From: an uncultured delta proteobacterium
GTDB taxonomy: Bacteria; Desulfobacterota; Binatia; UBA9968
Assembly (NCBI GenBank): GCA_963816145.1
Contig: CAWFJP010000014.1
Span: forward strand, 416,001-480,000
Reading direction: 5' to 3'
DNA length: 64,000 nucleotides
Shown here piece by piece: positions 38,701 through 48,078 of this stretch. The notes beneath the pieces are model-generated. The model saw only the letters and a list, made by a program, of their open reading frames with translations, had not been told where the DNA came from and did no database searches. Made by a program: the position numbers and the translations under genes. The first letter of the stretch is position 1, and each line of letters begins with the position of its first letter.

Positions 38701-39732
38701 GTGTTATACATGACGGTCAGACCAAGGATTAGATTGCTCCGCTTCGCGATAGCTATTGGACTGTCGCCGGTGTGGCTGGCGTTGAACTCGATGGCGTCGG
38801 CGGCGACCAAATTGGAACCTCTCACGGTCGCTTATTCCAATTTCACCGGCACCTACGCGCCGCTTTGGGTCGCGGTGGAAGAGAACCTCGGCGCCAAGTA
38901 TGGTTTGGAATTGAAGGCGATTTACGCCGGGAGGATTCGGCCGCAGCAGTTGCTTGCCACTGGTGAGGTGCCGATGGTGCTGGCCACCGCGACTGGAACC
39001 ATCACTTCGCATATTCTCGGCGTCAAGGATCACGTCTTGGTGGCCACGATCACCAACAAAGTCGGCACATCGATATTTGCCAAAGCGGACATCAAGAGCG
39101 TCGATGATCTCAAGGGCAAAACTATCGCCACCGGCCGGCCTGGGGCGTTCTTGGATGCGACGGTGCGTTATGTGTTGCGCAGCAAGTTCAACCTGGTGCC
39201 GGATCGCGATGTAAAACTTTTGCCCACAGGGGAGCCGTCTTTAGGGCTGCAAGCCTTGGAGCGCGGCGTCGTCGAAGCGGCGGCGATGTCGAGCCCGCAT
39301 ATGTTCATCGCGCGCAAAGAGGGTTTCAAGGAATTGGCCAGCTTCGACAAGTTAGGCGTTGAATATCCCTACACCAGCGTGGTGGTGCTGCGCCAGACGG
39401 TGGTGAAGAGCCCTGACCTGATCGAAAGATTTTTAAAAACCATCGTCGAGGGCATTCATATTTTCAAAACCAACAAGCCCAAGACCTTGGCGGCGTTCAA
39501 ACGGTACATGAAGGGCGCCGACGATGAAATTCTCGAAGAGACCTATCAACATACGCGCGCCACTTTGGAAGATGCGCCGCATCCAACGATTCGGTCTGTG
39601 AAAATCGCGTTGGAGATGCTGGCGGCGCAATATCCGCAAGCCAAGCAGACCGACCCCGGCCCGATTGTCGAACCACAGTTCATGAAGCGGATCGAAGACA
39701 GCGGTTTCATCCGGGCGCTGCAAAAAAAATAA
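38701..39732 (+). CDS. ABC transporter substrate-binding protein, NMT1/THI5-like (tandem paralog 2)
   Basis: Close paralog of 37668-38660. Confidence 0.88.
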   Translation: MLYMTVRPRIRLLRFAIAIGLSPVWLALNSMASAATKLEPLTVAYSNFTGTYAPLWVAVEENLGAKYGLELKAIYAGRIRPQQLLATGEVPMVLATATGTITSHILGVKDHVLVATITNKVGTSIFAKADIKSVDDLKGKTIATGRPGAFLDATVRYVLRSKFNLVPDRDVKLLPTGEPSLGLQALERGVVEAAAMSSPHMFIARKEGFKELASFDKLGVEYPYTSVVVLRQTVVKSPDLIERFLKTIVEGIHIFKTNKPKTLAAFKRYMKGADDEILEETYQHTRATLEDAPHPTIRSVKIALEMLAAQYPQAKQTDPGPIVEPQFMKRIEDSGFIRALQKK

Positions 39733-39738
39733 CCTGCT

Positions 39739-40617
39739 ATGGCTGACACCGACGAGATTCTCTATCACAAGCAGCGCCAAGGCGTGCTGATTACGCTCAA
39801 CCGGCCGGCGGCGATGAACGCGGCGACCCGGCCGATGTTGCACAGGCTCGGCGCAGCGCTTGATGACGCCGTCGACGATCCGGAGGTGCGCGCCATCGTG
39901 CTCACCGGCGCCGGCCGGGGCTTTTCCACCGGCATGGACCAGGGCGGCGGCGCGGCGCACCGGCGGGAAATGGTTTGGCCTTATGGCGTGCGGGCCGGCG
40001 AGAATGCCGCGGACTTCATCGACAACTATCGCGGCCATGAGCAAATCTTCATGCGCATCTTCGAATGCCCCAAGCCGGTCATCGGCGCGATCAACGGTTG
40101 GGCCATGGGCGTGGGCTCGTGGATGTCGTTATTCACCCATATCACGATCGCCTCGGAACATGCCGTGTTCGCCCAGCCGGAAGTGCGCCATGGCTCCAAC
40201 ACCGGTTTTATCTGGACCTTACTTGCTGGCTTCAAAGACGGTCTGCGCTACTCGCTCACCGGCGATCATATCGACGCGCAGGAAGCGCTGCGCATCGGCT
40301 TGGTCAATCAAGTCGTGCCGGCAGATCGCTTGCTCGATGAATGTTTTGCCATCGTCGAACGGATCGCCCTTGTGCCGCCGGAAACCGTCAAGCTCAATCT
40401 CCAACTGGCGACCATGGGCATGCAGATGATGGGCTTCAAAGATGCTTGGACGATCGACGGGCAATTGTCGGCGGCGGCGCATACGCTGCTCCGTGAAGAG
40501 CTGCGCCGTCCGCTCGACGAAAAAAGAAAAAGCGAAGGCACCAGGGCGTACTTGCAGATGCGTGACGGGCCGTTTCAACCGGAGCCGTTTGGGCCGCGCT
40601 CCCGTCGGCGCGAATAG
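39739..40617 (+). CDS. Crotonase/enoyl-CoA hydratase family protein
   Basis: LNRPAAMNA, GFSTGMD, PKPVIGAINGW, AQPEVRHG. Confidence 0.9.
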   Translation: MADTDEILYHKQRQGVLITLNRPAAMNAATRPMLHRLGAALDDAVDDPEVRAIVLTGAGRGFSTGMDQGGGAAHRREMVWPYGVRAGENAADFIDNYRGHEQIFMRIFECPKPVIGAINGWAMGVGSWMSLFTHITIASEHAVFAQPEVRHGSNTGFIWTLLAGFKDGLRYSLTGDHIDAQEALRIGLVNQVVPADRLLDECFAIVERIALVPPETVKLNLQLATMGMQMMGFKDAWTIDGQLSAAAHTLLREELRRPLDEKRKSEGTRAYLQMRDGPFQPEPFGPRSRRRE

Positions 40618-40627
40618 GCGCGCGGCG

Positions 40628-40729
40628 CGTTCCAGTGGTTCCAAATGTTCCAACGGTTCCAGCGCGGCGTGGTATAAAAACGAGTTCGAATCGATTGGAA
40701 CTTCTGGAACGTTTGGAACCTACGGAACC
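40628..40729. repeat. Complete GTTCCAA-type inverted element
   Basis: CGTTCCAGTGGTTCCAAATGTTCCAACGGTTCCAG...TTGGAACTTCTGGAACGTTTGGAACCTACGGAACC. Confidence 0.85.
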
Positions 40730-40766
40730 AAAATTGTCGCATTGATCGTAGAAAGATGTAATCCAC

Positions 40767-41636
40767 GTGGGTACGTTTGACACCATTTTATTCGAAAAGC
40801 AGCGGCGCGGCGTCTTGCTGACGCTCAACCGGCCAGCTTTGCGCAACGCGCTCAACCAGCAGATGAAAGACGAGCTGCGGGCGGCGTTGGAGTTGGCGCG
40901 CGACGATGAGGAGATTCGCGCCGTGGTCATTACCGGCGCCGGGGCGGCGTTTTCCAGCGGCGATGATATGAACGAGTCCATGGCAGGAGCTGGGGCCGGA
41001 CCGACTGAGTGGCCCTACGGTATTCCCGAGGGCAGCGCGCTGGTGGACGTCTACGATCGACTGCGCGAGCGCGCTAGGCAGGAAAAGATCGACGAGCAAC
41101 TCTATCGCTGGCAGTACCCCAAGCCGATCATCGCGGCGGTGCACGGTTGGTGTTTGGGCTCGGCGTCGTGGCTGGCATTGTCGTCTCATCTGACCATCGC
41201 CGCGGATGACGCGATCTTCGGCCAGCCCCAGGTGCGCCATAGCGACGCCACGGACTTTATTTGGACGGTTCTTGGTAAATTCAAAAACGCTTTGCGCTAC
41301 GGTCTCACCGGCGATAGTCTCGACGCCAAAGAGGCTTTGCGCCTGCGCCTGGTCAACAAAGTGGTGCCGAAAGAGCAGCTTCTCGAAGAATGCTTCCGGC
41401 TCGTTGAACGCATCGCTTTGGTGCCGCCAGACACGGTCAAGATCAATTTACAAAAGGCGACCGCGGGCTACGAAATGATGGGGTTGGGCAAGGCGTGGTC
41501 GCACAACGCAGAGTTGTCGGCGCTGGCGCAGTTGTCGCGCCGCGAGGAATTTTATTCGCCTTTGGAAGCCGCGCGTGAGCAGGGCGGCTGGAAGGGATTC
41601 TTTGAGCGGCGGGATGCACCGTTCAATAAGAAGTAG
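40767..41636 (+). CDS. Crotonase/enoyl-CoA hydratase family protein (paralog of 39739)
   Basis: LNRPALRNA, AFSSGDD, PKPIIAAVHGW, GQPQVRH. Confidence 0.9.
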   Translation: MGTFDTILFEKQRRGVLLTLNRPALRNALNQQMKDELRAALELARDDEEIRAVVITGAGAAFSSGDDMNESMAGAGAGPTEWPYGIPEGSALVDVYDRLRERARQEKIDEQLYRWQYPKPIIAAVHGWCLGSASWLALSSHLTIAADDAIFGQPQVRHSDATDFIWTVLGKFKNALRYGLTGDSLDAKEALRLRLVNKVVPKEQLLEECFRLVERIALVPPDTVKINLQKATAGYEMMGLGKAWSHNAELSALAQLSRREEFYSPLEAAREQGGWKGFFERRDAPFNKK

Positions 41637-41755
41637 GCGCGAAGCTTGAGGCGCGAGGCTTGAGTAGGAATAGGAATCGTTCAACCCGTTCAAGTAGTTC
41701 CCTTCGGAATCTCAGGGTCTGAGTTTATCGAAGGCAAAACGTTCAAGTCGTTTCG
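41635..41755. repeat. Composite repeat: 7-mer arm, then a GTTCAA 9-mer arm interrupted by a small palindrome
   Basis: AGGCGCG AAGCTTG AGGCGCG AGGCTTG; CGTTCAACCCGTTCAAGTAGTTC[CCTTCGGAATCTCAGGGTCTGAGTTTATCGAAGG]CAAAACGTTCAAGTCG. Confidence 0.7.
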
Positions 41756-41796
41756 AATCGGGAAACGGATAGAGTGATGCGATACTGGAAGTTCAG

Positions 41797-42807
41797 TTGG
41801 CTGCTTGCATTGTTGCGTCACTACATTCTCCTTCGCGATATTACTGCCGGGCGCAGGCGACCGACCCGAAGGTTGTCGAGGCGGCGAAGAAAGAGGGCGG
41901 TGAGATCGAAGCTTACGTCACTCTGCGCACCGATACGGCGCAATATATTTGGAAGATGTTCGAGGCCAAGTATCCGTTTCTGAGAGTAAAGCAGTATAAG
42001 GCCGACAGCGACAAGATGCTCCAGCGCTTGGCCACCGAGTATCGCGCCAAGAAGTATCTCGTCGACGTGCTTAACTTCGGCGGCGGCTTTCACACCCAAG
42101 TGTTGATCGAACAGGGCATCGCCGGAGCTTACCTATCGCCGGAGACGAAAAATTTTGCGCCGGCGTTCAAAGAGAAGAGCGGCTTGTGGACGACGCTTTA
42201 TTACAATCCTCTGACGCTGGTCTACAACACTAAACTGTTGGCGCCCAACGAACGGCCCAAGGACTGGTTCGATCTGTTGCATCCGCGATACAAAGGCCGC
42301 TTGGCCATCGAGCATGAGCAGGTCACCTGGTACGCCGGCATGTTGAAGCGCTATGGCGTGGAGAAGGGCAGGCAATTCATGCAGGGATTGGCCAAGCATG
42401 AGCCGCGTCCCGAGCAATCTTCGCGCGGCAACGCGCTGCTCGCCGCCGGTGAGTTTGCCGCTTACATCGGCCGCGGCCATGTCGCCGAAATGTTCAAAAA
42501 GAAAGGCGCGCCGGTGGATTGGATCAAGAATCCCGATCCGTTGGTGGTCCAGCCCGCGACCGTGCAGATCGCCAAACAAGCGCCCCATCCCAACTCAGCC
42601 AAGCTGCTGATCGACTTCATGCTGTCCGAGCAGGTAGCCGAACTGTTAGCTAAGGAGCAGCGGCTGCCCGGACGCAGCAACGCGGCGGGGCTCGATCCGG
42701 TGTTCAAGGAGATCAACGCGGAAAAAATCCTGCCCTTGTCGATCGAAGAGGTGCAGGCGAACTTTCGAAAATATCTCGAAGAGTATAGAACTTATTTCGG
42801 CAAGTAG
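41797..42807 (+). CDS. Extracellular solute-binding protein (Fe3+/thiamine-type)
   Basis: AAKKEGG, FEAKYPFL, APHPNSAKLLIDFMLS; start uncertain. Confidence 0.85.
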   Translation: MAACIVASLHSPSRYYCRAQATDPKVVEAAKKEGGEIEAYVTLRTDTAQYIWKMFEAKYPFLRVKQYKADSDKMLQRLATEYRAKKYLVDVLNFGGGFHTQVLIEQGIAGAYLSPETKNFAPAFKEKSGLWTTLYYNPLTLVYNTKLLAPNERPKDWFDLLHPRYKGRLAIEHEQVTWYAGMLKRYGVEKGRQFMQGLAKHEPRPEQSSRGNALLAAGEFAAYIGRGHVAEMFKKKGAPVDWIKNPDPLVVQPATVQIAKQAPHPNSAKLLIDFMLSEQVAELLAKEQRLPGRSNAAGLDPVFKEINAEKILPLSIEEVQANFRKYLEEYRTYFGK

Positions 42808-42822
42808 CGGAACGAGTGAAAT

Positions 42823-43206
42823 ATGGCAAAGGCGACGGACAGAGCGAAGGCGGGCCATGTCACGGTCTCAACGGTACGCGGCCGCGCGGAAGCGCACGGG
42901 TTGGCAAAGCAGCTCGAAGCGGCGGGCATCGAGTGCGCGCTTGTGGAAGAACGGCTGACGGTGCTCGCCGGCGCCGGCCGGTACCGCTCCGCTGGTATCA
43001 AAGTGCAGGTCGACCGCAGCGTTGCCAAACGGGCGATCGAGCTGCTGCGCGAGCAGCATGGTGAACTGAAACCGGCTGCCAACAACATGTCCGGCGCTCT
43101 TTCATGGTTCCAATTGCCCGCCGCCGGATGGCTGCGCACGGCCTTGGAGGTTGGCGTCATCCTGGCCGCGGCGACGATATTAGCTTTAGTGTTTTTTCTG
43201 TATTGA
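42823..43206 (+). CDS. Small membrane-anchored protein (DUF2007-like)
   Basis: EA...A..LEAAGI.C, KVQV....A.RA.ELL, C-terminal TM helix. Confidence 0.6.
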   Translation: MAKATDRAKAGHVTVSTVRGRAEAHGLAKQLEAAGIECALVEERLTVLAGAGRYRSAGIKVQVDRSVAKRAIELLREQHGELKPAANNMSGALSWFQLPAAGWLRTALEVGVILAAATILALVFFLY

Positions 43207-43230
43207 AATTATTTGTAGGGGAGAAACGCA

Positions 43231-44271
43231 ATGCTCGATGGCAAACTGAGAATCGCTCCGACCTGTTATCACGTGCTGCACCAAGTGCCGGTGATGACTG
43301 CCCATGAACTCAATTTCTTCTTTGACGAAGGGCTCAAGACCGCCGATGGATCTTACGGCTATGAAATTTTGACCGACTCGATGGTGCCGTTCGGCTTGGA
43401 GAAGCTCGGCATCTCCCAAGCAATGAAAGAGAAGTCGGTGGACATCGCTCTCGATGTCCAGTCGCGCACGGTTTTCTACCAGCGCGCCCGCGGCGCCGAT
43501 CTCTATATCATTTCCGGCTGGCGCAACCAGCATACCAATGTCTGGGTCGCGCCGCCGCATATCAAGTCGCTGCAAGAGTTAAAAGGCAAGCGCGTCGGCA
43601 TCAGCGACTTCAACAGCATCCGCCATTGGGCGATTCAGATTCAACTTAAAAAGGCCGGCCTTGACCTGGAGAAAGACATCGAGTGGGTGCGCATCGGCGT
43701 CAACTCTCGGCTGCATTTAGACGCGATCCGCAGCGGCAAAGTCGAATGCGCGCCGGTTCCGCCCTGGTACGCCAAAGAGTTGCAGGCCGAAGGCTGCAAC
43801 GCGCTGGTGTCGCCGGCGGACCAATATCCCGACGGCCGGCCCGAGCGTATCATCGCCGCCACCGGGCGGATTCTCGAGGAGCGGCCCGATCTGGTCAAAG
43901 GTTTTCTCAAGGCGATGATCCGTTCCTATTGGTTCGTGCGCGACATGCCGAAAAACTACGAGTACATTTCAAATCTGGAAAAGCGGCTGCGCCTGCGCAG
44001 CCCTGATCCCGAAGAGCGCGTTGTCAAACATCTGCGCTCGGCGCAGGATTTGGAAGCGATGCCGTTCCCGCTAGACGGTCGAGCCACCGGCTTTGAAGAT
44101 ATGCTCAAGGAAGAAGAGCGGCTTGGCGAACTGAATTACGACGTCCCGGCGATCAGCGACGTGGTAGCGCAGGATTTGTGCGACGAAGCATTTAAAGAAC
44201 TGCGCGGTCGCAAGGAGTTGGATGAGGAATTTCAACGGCTCAAGGTGATTGAGAAAAGGTGGGGGTATTAG
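43231..44271 (+). CDS. NMT1/THI5-fold protein without a signal peptide
   Basis: FFFDEGL, ELKGKRVGIS, LEERPDLVKGFLKA; no hydrophobic N-terminus. Confidence 0.8.
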   Translation: MLDGKLRIAPTCYHVLHQVPVMTAHELNFFFDEGLKTADGSYGYEILTDSMVPFGLEKLGISQAMKEKSVDIALDVQSRTVFYQRARGADLYIISGWRNQHTNVWVAPPHIKSLQELKGKRVGISDFNSIRHWAIQIQLKKAGLDLEKDIEWVRIGVNSRLHLDAIRSGKVECAPVPPWYAKELQAEGCNALVSPADQYPDGRPERIIAATGRILEERPDLVKGFLKAMIRSYWFVRDMPKNYEYISNLEKRLRLRSPDPEERVVKHLRSAQDLEAMPFPLDGRATGFEDMLKEEERLGELNYDVPAISDVVAQDLCDEAFKELRGRKELDEEFQRLKVIEKRWGY

Positions 44272-44286
44272 AGGGCGCTGCGCGCC

Positions 44287-44322
44287 CGTTCAAAACGTTC
44301 AAGCCGTTCAAATCGTTCAAAA
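44287..44322. repeat. GTTCAA-type 9-bp-periodic arm
   Basis: CGTTCAAAA CGTTCAAGC CGTTCAAAT CGTTCAAAA. Confidence 0.82.
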
Positions 44323-44370
44323 GGATTGGGATGAAATACGCCGCACTGGTGTGGGGAGGGTGAGCCATCA

Positions 44371-45420
44371 ATGAGAGCAACGAATCGCAGATTTTTTCGA
44401 ATTCTATCACTTTTGTCTTTATGTGGCGGACTGTTGGCGGATTCAATCGTTCACGCTCAGGGGGCGAAGAGTTTCTTGGACGGTAAAATAATAACATTCC
44501 TGGTCGGTTCGTCCGCCGGGGGCGGGACGGATGTAACGGCGCGGTTGATTGCGCGTCATATCGAACGCCAGTTGCCGGGCAAGCCGCGCATCGATATCGC
44601 CAACAAACCGGGGGCGGGCGGTATGATCGCGGCGAATGAACTTTACAATCTTAAGAAGCCCGACGGCTTGACTATCAGCACGCTCAATACCGGAGCGCTG
44701 TTTGCGACGGCGACGGGCAATGAGGCGATCAAATTCGACTTGCAGAAGTTTCTCTGGGTCGGCCAGGCGTTCGACGACGCTCAAGTTCTTTATCTTAAGA
44801 CTTCGACTCCCTACACCAGCTTCGATGCGATTAAAAAGGCCAACCGCGAGGGCAAGCAGCCCAAGATGGGCGCTCAGGCCCTGGATCACACCAGCAACGT
44901 GGTGGTCAAGATCGCGGAGCAGATCTTTGGCTTGGACTTCACGGTCATTCCCGGTTATCCCGGCACGCCGCAGATACTGCTCGACATCGAGCGCGGCGCT
45001 CTCGATGGCCGCGCCCAAGGTATCGGCTCCTTGATGTCGACACGGCGCGAGTGGATTAAAAACGGTTACATAAAAATATTGGCGACCTCGAAAAAAAGCG
45101 TGGATTCGCGGATTCCGGGCGTCCCCCCCATGGAAGATATCGCGCCGGCCGGAAGCAAAGGATTGCTCAACGCCCTATACGCGGGGCAAAATCTTGCGCG
45201 CTCCGTGGTCCTGCCGCCGGGCGTGCCGGCGGACCGATTGAAGATCTGGCGCGACGCCTTTGCGGCGATGACCAAAGATGAGGCGTTCAACAAAGAGGCC
45301 GCGAAGCTAGGCCTCGAAGTCGACTTGATTCGCGGCGAAGAAATGAACCGCGACATCGAATCCACGCTTCGCGATAAGCGGTTGATGGACCTTTATCGAA
45401 TGATTGCCTCTGCCAAATGA
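44371..45420 (+). CDS. Bug/TctC-like substrate-binding protein
   Basis: VGSSAGGGTD..AR, NKPGAGG, KPDGLT, GYPGT, LPPGVP. Confidence 0.88.
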   Translation: MRATNRRFFRILSLLSLCGGLLADSIVHAQGAKSFLDGKIITFLVGSSAGGGTDVTARLIARHIERQLPGKPRIDIANKPGAGGMIAANELYNLKKPDGLTISTLNTGALFATATGNEAIKFDLQKFLWVGQAFDDAQVLYLKTSTPYTSFDAIKKANREGKQPKMGAQALDHTSNVVVKIAEQIFGLDFTVIPGYPGTPQILLDIERGALDGRAQGIGSLMSTRREWIKNGYIKILATSKKSVDSRIPGVPPMEDIAPAGSKGLLNALYAGQNLARSVVLPPGVPADRLKIWRDAFAAMTKDEAFNKEAAKLGLEVDLIRGEEMNRDIESTLRDKRLMDLYRMIASAK

Positions 45421-45493
45421 AGGCAAAAGTAAAAAGTAAATAGGCAAAAACCGATTCGATTATCCCAGTTCTGCCTTTTTACTTTTACCTTTT
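45419..45493. repeat. 7-bp-periodic inverted-arm element (AAAAGTA/AAAGGCA type)
   Basis: AAGGCAAAAGTAAAAAGTAAATAGGCAAAA...TTCTGCCTTTTTACTTTTACCTTTT. Confidence 0.82.
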
Positions 45494-45501
45494 GAATTGT
45501 T

Positions 45502-46938
45502 TTGTCTACTCTCGCTATTCTCATCGATTTCGGCAGCACCTTCACCAAAGTCTGCGCGGTGGATTTGGCCAGCGCCCGGTTGCTTGGGCGGAGCCAATCA
45601 CCATCGACCGTGCACAGCGACGTGCGCGAGGGGTTGCTGCGCGGGCTGGTTTCCCTGCACGAACGTCATCGACTCTTTGACCAAACGCCGCGCGATTTAT
45701 CGGTGCTCGAAGATCAGCTCGTTTTGGCGTCGAGTAGCGCCGCCGGCGGGTTACGCATCGTCGTGGTCGGCAACGTTCCCGGATTGACCGTCGAAGCGGC
45801 GAACCAAGCCGCGCTTGGGGCCGGCGCCAAGGTCGTTGGAGCTACGGCGTTCAAACTATCCGCGGCCAAACTCGGGGCGATAGAGGCTCTGCGCCCCGAC
45901 ATGATCTTACTCACCGGCGGGGTCGACGGCGGCGATGCCGAAACCATCATGCATAACGCGCGGCTGCTCGCGCAATCGCCGCAGTCGGTACCGATGGTGG
46001 TCGCTGGCAATCGCGCGGTGGCGGATGATGTCGTGAATTTATTTCAGCAATACGGCAAGGAAGTTCGCTCTGTCGCCAACGTTATGCCGAGCACCGCCAA
46101 GCTCAACGTCGAGCCGGCCCGTGAGGCGATCCGCGAAATTTTCATGGCACGTATCACCCAAGCCAAGGGGCTCGACGGTTTGGCAGGCCTAGTGCCGGTA
46201 GTCTTGCCTACGCCCATGGCGGTGCTGGAAGGCGTGCGTCTCGGCGCCGATGGCGCGGCGGGTAAAAGCGGTTGGGGCGATATGCTGGTGGTGGATGTCG
46301 GCGGCGCGACCACCGATGTTCACTCGATCGGCGACGGTCATGCTGGCGGTGAGAACGTGATTGTCCAGAGCATGGCCGAAGCCTACGCCAAGCGCACTGT
46401 CGAAGGTGATTTGGGAATTCGCTACAACGCCGCGACGATTCTCGAACGTGTGGGCGAGGCTTCGTTGCTCGAAGATTTGCAGCGCATTTTTAGCCAGATC
46501 GCCATCACGGGTGGCATGCTGCGCGGCTATATCGAGCAACTTGGCCATGATACCAGCACGCTGCCACGAGCCGACTGGCATAGCGCCGCGGATGCCGTGC
46601 TCGCCCGGGCTGCTGTCGATATCGCCATCGCGCGCCATGTCGGCCGCCGCGAGCGCATCGTCGCCCGCGAAGGCGAGGCTTGGCTGCACTACGGTAAAGA
46701 TATGCGTGACACGCACACGCTGATCGGCACCGGCGGTGTGTTCGTCCACAATGCCAACGCGGCTTTCATTCTGTGCCAGGGCGGACAAAACGACGACCGG
46801 GTGCAAGCGTTGCGGCCGCGCCTGCCGAAATTGTATTTGGATGGATCCTATCTGCTTTACGCCGTTGGGTTACTTGCCAAGGAGTATCCGTCGGTAGGGT
46901 TACGGCTCTTTCAGCAGAATATGCGGCCGGTCGGTTGA
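45502..46938 (+). CDS. glmL: Glutamate mutase L (GlmL/MutL) family reactivating ATPase
   Basis: IDFGSTFTK, SSAAGGLR, LGAGA, LTGGVDGG, PTP.AV, DVGGATTDVHS, KRTVEGDLG. Confidence 0.88.
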   Translation: MSTLAILIDFGSTFTKVCAVDLASARLLGRSQSPSTVHSDVREGLLRGLVSLHERHRLFDQTPRDLSVLEDQLVLASSSAAGGLRIVVVGNVPGLTVEAANQAALGAGAKVVGATAFKLSAAKLGAIEALRPDMILLTGGVDGGDAETIMHNARLLAQSPQSVPMVVAGNRAVADDVVNLFQQYGKEVRSVANVMPSTAKLNVEPAREAIREIFMARITQAKGLDGLAGLVPVVLPTPMAVLEGVRLGADGAAGKSGWGDMLVVDVGGATTDVHSIGDGHAGGENVIVQSMAEAYAKRTVEGDLGIRYNAATILERVGEASLLEDLQRIFSQIAITGGMLRGYIEQLGHDTSTLPRADWHSAADAVLARAAVDIAIARHVGRRERIVAREGEAWLHYGKDMRDTHTLIGTGGVFVHNANAAFILCQGGQNDDRVQALRPRLPKLYLDGSYLLYAVGLLAKEYPSVGLRLFQQNMRPVG

Positions 46939-47053
46939 TCTTGGAACTGGGTTGTCCCGCCAATAGTCGCGTCTAATGCAAGATCAAAGAACACCTGAGT
47001 CCCGCGTACGCGGCACTCGGGGAATTAAGGTTTGGCTTAAAACCAGCCGTCAA

Positions 47054-47929
47054 TTATTTTATTTTCGCCGCGATTCCGGCAAGCCGATCCATCTGATCCA
47101 AATCTTCGGCACAGGGGCGCAGGATAAATTCATCGACGCCCATCTCGGCTTGGCGCTGGATCGCCGAGCGGACGGCTTCATCGGAGGCTGGCAGGGTACT
47201 TAAGCGTTTCGCCGCGAGTTCGCGATTGTAGCCGTAGTTGTGGTTAATGTACTCGGTGGCATGCTCGGTCGCGTTGGGACCGAGGGCAAAATAGCTGGCA
47301 CCGACCCAGCGCGGCTGACCAGCGCGGCCATGAACTTTCCAGGATTGTAAAATATTTCGCCAAGTTTTGAGCATGGCTTCCGGCTCGCCGCCGCCCGGGG
47401 CCATGTAGCCGTCGCCCCACTTGGCGATGCGCTCGACGATCGCTGGTACATAGCCGCCGATGAGTAGCTCCGGTCCGCCCCGGCGCACCGCTGGTGGGCC
47501 GATGACGCCGGTGTCGGGCGATAACATTTCACCGGACCAAAGTTTGCGAAGCAGCTCGTATTGTTGCTCCGAGCTGCGGCCGCGCCGGTGAAAGTCCGTG
47601 CCGCTGGCGAGGTAATCGTTTTTGCGCACGCCGATGCCGACGCCGAGGGTCAATCGGCCGCCGGAGAGGGTATCGATGGTTGCGGCTTGGCGCGCCAGCA
47701 GCGTGGTTTCGCGCGTCGGCCCGATGACCACGCTGGTCATGAGGCCAATGCGTTTGGTGGCACCGGCAGCCATGGCCAGTACCGAGAGCGGCTCCAGCGC
47801 CTGGGAGACGACACGATCGGTGACGACCACGCTGGAGAACGGCCCGGCCTCGGCGCGGGTGATCCACTCCAACATCATTTCGCCTGATGCAGAGGCGACG
47901 CGGCTAGGTAGTCCTAATGCAATGCGCAT
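47054..47929 (-). CDS. LLM-class flavin-dependent oxidoreductase
   Basis: LARQAATIDTLSGGRLTLGVGIG, LIGG, GDGY. Confidence 0.9.
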   Translation of the reverse strand: MRIALGLPSRVASASGEMMLEWITRAEAGPFSSVVVTDRVVSQALEPLSVLAMAAGATKRIGLMTSVVIGPTRETTLLARQAATIDTLSGGRLTLGVGIGVRKNDYLASGTDFHRRGRSSEQQYELLRKLWSGEMLSPDTGVIGPPAVRRGGPELLIGGYVPAIVERIAKWGDGYMAPGGGEPEAMLKTWRNILQSWKVHGRAGQPRWVGASYFALGPNATEHATEYINHNYGYNRELAAKRLSTLPASDEAVRSAIQRQAEMGVDEFILRPCAEDLDQMDRLAGIAAKIK

Positions 47930-48078
47930 AATAGCTCCATTGTCACAGGGACAAAGTATCCAGGGGCGCGACCTTAAGTCAAACTAATTCGCCAGGCGAT
48001 TTTAGTAATCGCTACTCGCCATGTTATTCTGGATATCGTGACAGCTTCGCTACAATCGATCTTTCCTCGGCCCACTCG

